A DNA stretch of 63,924 nucleotides, filler included, from Thraustochytrium aureum (taxonomy: Eukaryota), in the NCBI GenBank assembly GCA_012862495.1. It is 5 parts of 3 records of this genome, joined end to end, with 100 filler letters (N's around TTAATTAATTAA, not from the genome) between each part and the next. Parts side by side here need not be neighbours in the genome. Positions count along the whole stretch, not along the records: positions 52,617 to 59,189 come from BLSG01000452.1; positions 59,290 to 63,924 come from BLSG01000452.1; 3 more parts are not named here. One strand, 5' to 3'. Within the stretch, counting starts at the first letter, position 1, and each line of letters opens with the position of its first letter. Positions 57,981-63,924 of this stretch are shown here, piece after piece. Under the pieces are notes generated by a model. The model ran no database searches, was not told where the DNA came from, and saw only the letters and a list, made by a program, of their open reading frames with translations. Made by a program: the position numbers and the translations under genes.

Positions 57981-59189
57981 TCAAGCGCCGGCCTTGCGTT
58001 TTGTGAGGAGCATGCTGAGCGTCGCCGTCCTGCCGTCTTTGCTTGTGCCTTGCGCCTCTCCGGCAGATTTCATTGCCAGCACAGTCTCGTACTCGTGGCG
58101 GAGGGAACGATAGCGTGGAATGTCGGTGAACCCAACAGTTGCAACGACGAGACCGATTAGAGTTGACAGAGCAAACGCTGGGTCAGCGAGAATCTCACGG
58201 TCGGTGAGGATGAAGACAAAGTTCATAAGCGAGGAAGGAATGTCGCGAATCATGAGCACCAACAAAGCGATTTGCACGCGCCAAATGCTCGCTTGGATTG
58301 CAGTCAGCTCAGCTTTCAAGTACGCTGAAAACGCCACCGGATCCGTCAAGTCAGCGTGGACGGACGATCGCCGTCTAGCGAGCGTGCTAATCGCCGCTCG
58401 GGTGAAAGAAAACATGTGCCGCGCCGCCCAGATAGTGACGAGGAGCTCGAGCGCCGTGACAGCCGCGAAAGGCACGCGGAGCGGAGTAAACGCGGGATTC
58501 GGGTTGATGAAGATGTTGTACGTCGCGATAATATCCGCAATGGAGCCGCCAGACATGAGGACAAGCGAGACCGCCGACGCTGCAGCGGGCGAGAACACAA
58601 AGTCAAAGGCTGAGACTGCCTTGGCTTTGTTTTTGCGCGCGTAGTGTGCGATGCCGCCGACAATCACCGCGCCAATCCCGAGCGTCGCAAGCGTAATCGG
58701 CAGCGTGTCCAGTGCGGATTCTGCGCTGCACTCCTCTCGAATCGGGTTGCCGTCTTTATCGACCCAGTTGCCGGCGGGCAGGGCGTCGCTTTCTGTGATG
58801 ATACCGGCCAGGTTGACTTTCGTGCCGCAGCGAAGCTCTTGGCCGGAGACGGGATCCCTTTTCCAGCCGAATTGGTAGAGCGCAAAGCCGGTCTCCGTGT
58901 CACATTCGCCCAGGATTGGCTCCCAGTGCGTACCGTCACAAGCAGGCAGGCCTACGGGGGCTGTAAAAAAGCGGTCTCCAGAGTTCCCATAGGGCGTCGA
59001 GCACCCGTGCGTGTCGTCGCTGTGGATCGTCCCAAACGCGGTCTGGTTGGGCTCGAAGAGCTCGACGCCTTCGACTAGAAAGTCGCTGAAAACCCGGAGC
59101 TCGTTGTGTGGGTTCGGATACGCCCCTTGGAGCAGCGCTTGACCGGGAAAGTCGACGCCAAAGAGGCAGTCTGTTGCTTTGATGGGGTC
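57981..59189 (-). CDS. Multi-pass membrane protein with a Cys-containing extracellular region, 5' truncated, with a frameshift
   Basis: About 5 hydrophobic helices in ORF 57981..58667 (including LLVLMIRDIPSSLMNFVFI). Coding-like upstream sequence extends to the gap. Confidence 0.6.
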   Translation of the reverse strand, partial: DPIKATDCLFGVDFPGQALLQGAYPNPHNELRVFSDFLVEGVELFEPNQTAFGTIHSDDTHGCSTPYGNSGDRFFTAPVGLPACDGTHWEPILGECDTETGFALYQFGWKRDPVSGQELRCGTKVNLAGIITESDALPAGNWVDKDGNPIREECSAESALDTLPITLATLGIGAVIVGGIAHYARKNKAKAVSAFDFVFSPAAASAVSLVLMSGGSIADIIATYNIFINPNPAFTPLRVPFAAVTALELLVTIWAARHMFSFTRAAISTLARRRSSVHADLTDPVAFSAYLKAELTAIQASIWRVQIALLVLMIRDIPSSLMNFVFILTDREILADPAFALSTLIGLVVATVGFTDIPRYRSLRHEYETVLAMKSAGEAQGTSKDGRTATLSMLLTKRKAGA

Positions 59190-59290
59190 NNNNNNNNNNN
59201 NNNNNNNNNNNNNNNNNNNNNNNNNNNNNNNNNTTAATTAATTAANNNNNNNNNNNNNNNNNNNNNNNNNNNNNNNNNNNNNNNNNNNNC

Positions 59291-59782
59291 GCAATCCAGC
59301 AGGACGACTTTGACACCATCCTTGGCATCGCCAAAAAGCTGGATGCGGTCTCCAGGGGCCTTCGGGATCTGCTGACCTCCCGTCTCGCCGACGAGGCTGC
59401 ACAGGGTCTCCCAGGCAGCCCCACCGACGGCGCGAACGGCAGGGGCGGCTCGAACTTTGGCCGCAGGGGAGGCGGCGGAAACCATGACGACGACGAAAAC
59501 GACTCGCTGCATGAAGTCTACTCGCTGCTGAGCCCGGACTCGTACTCGGGCGGCTCGTTTTCGATGGACGAGTCGCGCCGCGTCGCGGAGATCGACAACC
59601 TCGCCGCCGGCCTTGCTGGTGCGAATCTAGTTGGTGGCGGCATCGGATACGGTGCCGGCCGCTCTGGCGAGAGTGCGGCTGCTGCCGCTGCTGTGGCGGT
59701 CAAGACTGAGCCGGAGGAGGCCGCAAAGCAGGGGCAAGCAGCGCAGACCAAGACCAAGCTGGAGAAGGACTGCAACGTGTGA
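59291..59782 (+). CDS. 3' fragment of a hypothetical protein
   Basis: Frame of ORF 59564..59782 is open from the gap edge (AIQQDDFDTILGIAKKLD...EKDCNV*) with strong GC3 bias. Confidence 0.65.
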   Translation, partial: AIQQDDFDTILGIAKKLDAVSRGLRDLLTSRLADEAAQGLPGSPTDGANGRGGSNFGRRGGGGNHDDDENDSLHEVYSLLSPDSYSGGSFSMDESRRVAEIDNLAAGLAGANLVGGGIGYGAGRSGESAAAAAAVAVKTEPEEAAKQGQAAQTKTKLEKDCNV

Positions 59783-59865
59783 GGCTGTCCTCCGCTCGAG
59801 CCGAGCAGGCTCAAAGCAAAGCAGAACGCCCATACGCTCGATGATGGAAACAGCGGGGACGGTTT

Positions 59866-59950
59866 GGGTGGGGTGGGGTGGGGTGGAATGGGGTGGAATG
59901 GGGTGGAATGGGGGTGGAATGGGGTGGGGGAGAGAGAGAGAGAGAAAGAG
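59866..59950. repeat. (GGGGT/GGAAT)n and (GA)n run between convergent genes; G-quadruplex-capable
   Basis: Directly visible G-tracts. Confidence 0.8.
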
Positions 59951-59975
59951 ATGACTTTGGGTTTTCCCATAACGC

Positions 59976-60662
59976 CTACTCGTAAAGCGACGACACGTTC
60001 GACTTGATCTTGCCTTTGCCAGCCTCCACTTCAAGCTTGTGCACAAACTGCTCAGGGATCGGCAGCTCGCAGTACTCTCCGTTGTGCATGAACGCAGCGT
60101 TCATCTCCGAGCTGTTGGCCGCCGTAATCATAAAGTCGGCCAGCTCGACGCACTTTTCCGAGAGGTCGAGCAGCGCGCCGTCCGTCTTGTCGATCGAGAC
60201 GGAGGGCGCCACGCCGCTCACAAAAACCTTGACGCCCTTGCAGTTGGAAATTTGCACGGTGCCCACCACGTCCTCCAAGTACACCGAGGTCTTCTGGCAG
60301 CCCTCGATCTGCACAGAGGCGGCCTTGCCCGTGACCTTGATCGTCGCCCCCTTGCTCTGGTAGATCGCCACGGCATGCATCGTCTTTTCTACTTTAATGG
60401 CGACCTCACCGTCGGCGGCCTCGGCCTTCTCGACGACCCACTGGTTGCGCACAAACTTGGCCTTGCTCCCCTTCGGCGCGGCGGCGGGCGCAGCGACTGC
60501 CTCCTTGCCGGCATTTTTCTCCAGCTCCTTTTGCACCCGCTCCACAGCAGACCCCTTCTTCTTGGCGTCCTGCGCAGGCGGCGGCGTCGGCGCTTTCGCC
60601 TCGGCCTTGGCGGGCGCCTTGGCGGGCGCCTTGGCGGGTGACTTGGGGTCCGCCTTGGGCTC
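59976..60662 (-). CDS. CAP: Adenylyl cyclase-associated protein (CAP/Srv2), C-terminal CARP domain; N-terminus in the gap
   Basis: NQWVVE, TIKVTGK, VQISNCK.VKV.V.G.APSVSIDKTDG, SSEMN, ELPIPEQF; Pro/Ala-rich linker upstream. Confidence 0.9.
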   Translation of the reverse strand, partial: EPKADPKSPAKAPAKAPAKAEAKAPTPPPAQDAKKKGSAVERVQKELEKNAGKEAVAAPAAAPKGSKAKFVRNQWVVEKAEAADGEVAIKVEKTMHAVAIYQSKGATIKVTGKAASVQIEGCQKTSVYLEDVVGTVQISNCKGVKVFVSGVAPSVSIDKTDGALLDLSEKCVELADFMITAANSSEMNAAFMHNGEYCELPIPEQFVHKLEVEAGKGKIKSNVSSLYE

Positions 60663-61604
60663 NNNNNNNNNNNNNNNNNNNNNNNNNNNNNNNNNNNNNN
60701 NNNNNNNNNNNNNNNNNNNNNNNNNNNNNNNNNNNNNNNNNNNNNNNNNNNNNNNNNNNNNNNNNNNNNNNNNNNNNNNNNNNNNNNNNNNNNNNNNNNN
60801 NNNNNNNNNNNNNNNNNNNNNNNNNNNNNNNNNNNNNNNNNNNNNNNNNNNNNNNNNNNNNNNNNNNNNNNNNNNNNNNNNNNNNNNNNNNNNNNNNNNN
60901 NNNNNNNNNNNNNNNNNNNNNNNNNNNNNNNNNNNNNNNNNNNNNNNNNNNNNNNNNNNNNNNNNNNNNNNNNNNNNNNNNNNNNNNNNNNNNNNNNNNN
61001 NNNNNNNNNNNNNNNNNNNNNNNNNNNNNNNNNNNNNNNNNNNNNNNNNNNNNNNNNNNNNNNNNNNNNNNNNNNNNNNNNNNNNNNNNNNNNNNNNNNN
61101 NNNNNNNNNNNNNNNNNNNNNNNNNNNNNNNNNNNNNNNNNNNNNNNNNNNNNNNNNNNNNNNNNNNNNNNNNNNNNNNNNNNNNNNNNNNNNNNNNNNN
61201 NNNNNNNNNNNNNNNNNNNNNNNNNNNNNNNNNNNNNNNNNNNNNNNNNNNNNNNNNNNNNNNNNNNNNNNNNNNNNNNNNNNNNNNNNNNNNNNNNNNN
61301 NNNNNNNNNNNNNNNNNNNNNNNNNNNNNNNNNNNNNNNNNNNNNNNNNNNNNNNNNNNNNNNNNNNNNNNNNNNNNNNNNNNNNNNNNNNNNNNNNNNN
61401 NNNNNNNNNNNNNNNNNNNNNNNNNNNNNNNNNNNNNNNNNNNNNNNNNNNNNNNNNNNNNNNNNNNNNNNNNNNNNNNNNNNNNNNNNNNNNNNNNNNN
61501 NNNNNNNNNNNNNNNNNNNNNNNNNNNNNNNNNNNNNNNNNNNNNNNNNNNNNNNNNNNNNNNNNNNNNNNNNNNNNNNNNNNNNNNNNNNNNNNNNNNN
61601 NNNN

Positions 61605-62527
61605 GTCGCTCTCCTCGTCTTCGTGTATAACGTCTGGCGGCATGCTCACCGTCCGGGCAGGCCGGCCCTGGAGGCCCACGCCTGCCTGTGCCGTGAACAC
61701 CGCCGCAATCGCTTGGTGCGCTCCCCGAACGCCTTGATCGCGTCGGTGGATTCGATGGAAAGGCGGTGTGCTGCCGTCCGAATCCGATCCGAGGCCTCAA
61801 CGCTGACCGCTATCGTTCCAACGAGCGAGTCGTTCAGCGTGTCTGTGAGCGACTCTGCGACCATTTCGAACGAATCTGCCGAGATGCGGAGCGCATTGCG
61901 CGCGAGGAGCTCGGCGCCCTCGGCCGAGGTCGAGACTGCGCGAACGATGTTGCTTTCTAGGCGCTCCCAATGCTCTGTAGCCTTGCCAAACGCGCTCGCA
62001 AAGCTCTCCCAAGAGCTTACCGACGTGAGGGGCACCGCGACGTGTGCGACGTCCTCTGCCGTGAGCGTTTCGCGGAGCGTCGCCTTGTCGCAGAGCCCGG
62101 CATTGAGTGCCATGTATTGCGCTTGAACCGGCGCAAGCCACTTCTCTTGCACGATTTCGGGAATCGCCGACAGGCGCGCTTCGGGGTCCTTGGCGAGTAT
62201 GCGGTGCAGAAAGCCGGTGGCTTGGCGGTGCTGGCGCAGCTCGAAAAACTTGTGCTTGGCGAAAAACAGCTCATCCTCCGCGCCGAGAGCTTCAAGAATC
62301 GCAGCGCGGTCGCGCTTTCCGTGAAACGGGAGGTGTCCGTAGAGTAGCGCATAGAGCGTCATGGCCGCCGCCCAGACATCCGCTTCCTTGCCGCAGTAAA
62401 ACTTGGACCGATCTGTGCAAACGGACTCGGGGGAGAAAAAAATCAACGTCCCGCGGCCATACCCGCCGTGACAGCGCAGCAGGCTCGAGCGGCGCCCAGC
62501 AGCAAGCTCGCTCTCCTGATGCGGGTC

Positions 62528-62566
<39 letters not shown>

Positions 62567-63413
62567 AGCGAAGTCCGCTGCTGCGCTCTCGCCCCTCGTG
62601 GGAAGCAGCTTGGAGACGCCAAAATCGATGAGCTTGATTTGGTCCTTCTCGCGGTCCAGCAGCACGTTTGAGGGCTTTATGTCTCCGTGAATGATCTCGT
62701 TGTGGTGAAGGTACTCGAGCCCGGCCAGGATTTGTACAAAGTACCTCTTGCACTGCTTTTCGGTCAGGAGGGCCTGCTCGCGGCGGGGTTGCGCCGCGCT
62801 CCAAACGCGGCGTCCCGCGCCAGAAGCTCTTCGTCCGAGACGAGTTGATCGCCGCGGACGAGGTCCATCACGATCGAGACGCCGCGATGCTGGCGTCGAG
62901 CGTCTGCAGATCGAGCACCTCCCTAAACTCCACCAGCAGCGGGTGCTCGACCTTGCGTAGGATAGCGAGCTCCGTTTTCAGCGCGTTGGCGCTGTTGCGG
63001 CTTTTGAGGCTGCTGCGCCGCATTGCTGGGGAGTTGGAGTCGTCGAGCTCTGCAAGTGCGACACCGCGAATGAGCCGGAACGCGACCGACTCGTTTGAGG
63101 CAGTGTCGACAGCCTCGAACACCCAGGCCTCGCCGCCCTGGCCGAGCTCCTTCACGATTCTGTACTGGTTCACTTGCAAGCCGACCAGCCTCTTCGCCAG
63201 CGACTGCGGCTCTCCAAAGGCGCTCTCGCAGTCGTCGCAGCTCTCGCACGTCGCGCTTGTCGTCGCGCTGCCAGCTGTCGAAATGCTTCGCGAGCTCCCG
63301 ACTCGCAGCCTGTTCATCAGCCGCTTGCCAACGTGAGCCGTCCATGATCTCGCATCTGCATCTTCTGCGCCGTGCGCCGCCCGTGCGTCGCCCTGCTTCG
63401 ACTCGAGCTCCAT
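61605..63413 (-). CDS. Ser/Thr protein kinase, CaMKK/SnRK-activating-kinase-like; about 3 apparent indels; C-terminus runs into the gap
   Basis: ATG 63413. VNQYRIVKELGQG, ELAILRKVEHP, LEYLHHNEIIHGDIKPSNVLL, IKLIDFGVS, GTLIFFSPE, ADVWA, GHLPF. Shifts at ~62890, ~62800 and ~61722. Confidence 0.85.
62528..62566. repeat. (CAG)n coding repeat (13 Gln) in the kinase activation segment
   Basis: Directly visible. Confidence 0.9.
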
Positions 63414-63924
63414 CACCTTCAGCAGCAAGCAAGCTTGCGCTTTCGGGGCGGTGCACAACCAGGACGGACCTGCTTGCCTTCGCGACCACCCAGCCAGCCA
63501 GCCAGCCAGCCAGTTGTGAGCTGATCGATGCCGCACGCGACGGGTGTCAGGCCGATGCGCGCTGCCGCACAAGGCGCTGCGCTCGCGACACGGCGGAGGC
63601 CGGACGAGCAGCGAGGCGGCGTGGAGCACCTTAAGCACCTCAACCGCAGGCCTGGCGAGCCCAAAGGCAGCCGCGCAAGGCGCCTGCCGCCTCTACTCGC
63701 GCCGTAGACTCGCGCCGAGCGAGTCTGGCGCTCCGCTGCGGTGCCGATCGTGATGGCACCGCGCGGGCCTCGTGAGGGTCAACGGAATCAACGAAGAGTC
63801 AAGGACAGATCAAGAGTCGCTCGGCGAGCCCCGTGCCAGTCTGGCTGGCGCAGTGCGCGAACGGAAGCGCTGCTCTGGTCGCCCATCGCGGGCGCCATTG
63901 ACGGTCGGCCGCCGCGGGAGGCCT

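Noticed and set aside
59234..59512. Signal-peptide ORF as the 5' end of the minus-strand membrane protein
   Set aside because: It is the antisense shadow of the + strand frame 59291-59782, which has better codon bias.
59768..59782. CaaX prenylation motif at ...KDCNV*
   Set aside because: Only two residues follow the Cys, so it is not a canonical CaaX unless there is a sequencing error.

Overview
GC-rich, intron-poor eukaryotic draft scaffold. The gene content and style suggest a stramenopile protist, possibly a labyrinthulomycete/thraustochytrid (inference only). It has many N gaps, four artificial TTAATTAATTAA contig linkers and frequent single-base indels that split real genes, many of them in homopolymers. 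Genes in order: a TPR-like hypothetical protein, a ~10 kb gene-poor stretch, a Q/H-rich putative transcription factor, a ~2700-aa ATXR3/SDG2-type SET methyltransferase, a soluble cytochrome b5 ending in -AKL, a peroxisomal enoyl-CoA isomerase (one intron, ending in -SRL), a Ki-67-like FHA protein, ribonucleotide reductase R1, serine palmitoyltransferase LCB2, a class I sirtuin, an Ero1 fused in frame to a fumarate-reductase-type FAD domain, a multi-IQ protein, a large secretory protein with two PqiA domains, a class C GPCR, an ankyrin protein, two partial unknown genes, CAP/Srv2 and a CaMKK-like kinase. The strongest candidate for an undescribed system is the Ero1-Osm1/Frd-type fusion, which may allow oxygen-independent disulfide formation. 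Next are the TULIP-like/PqiA fusion, the Ki-67-like protein and the PTS1-tagged cytochrome b5.
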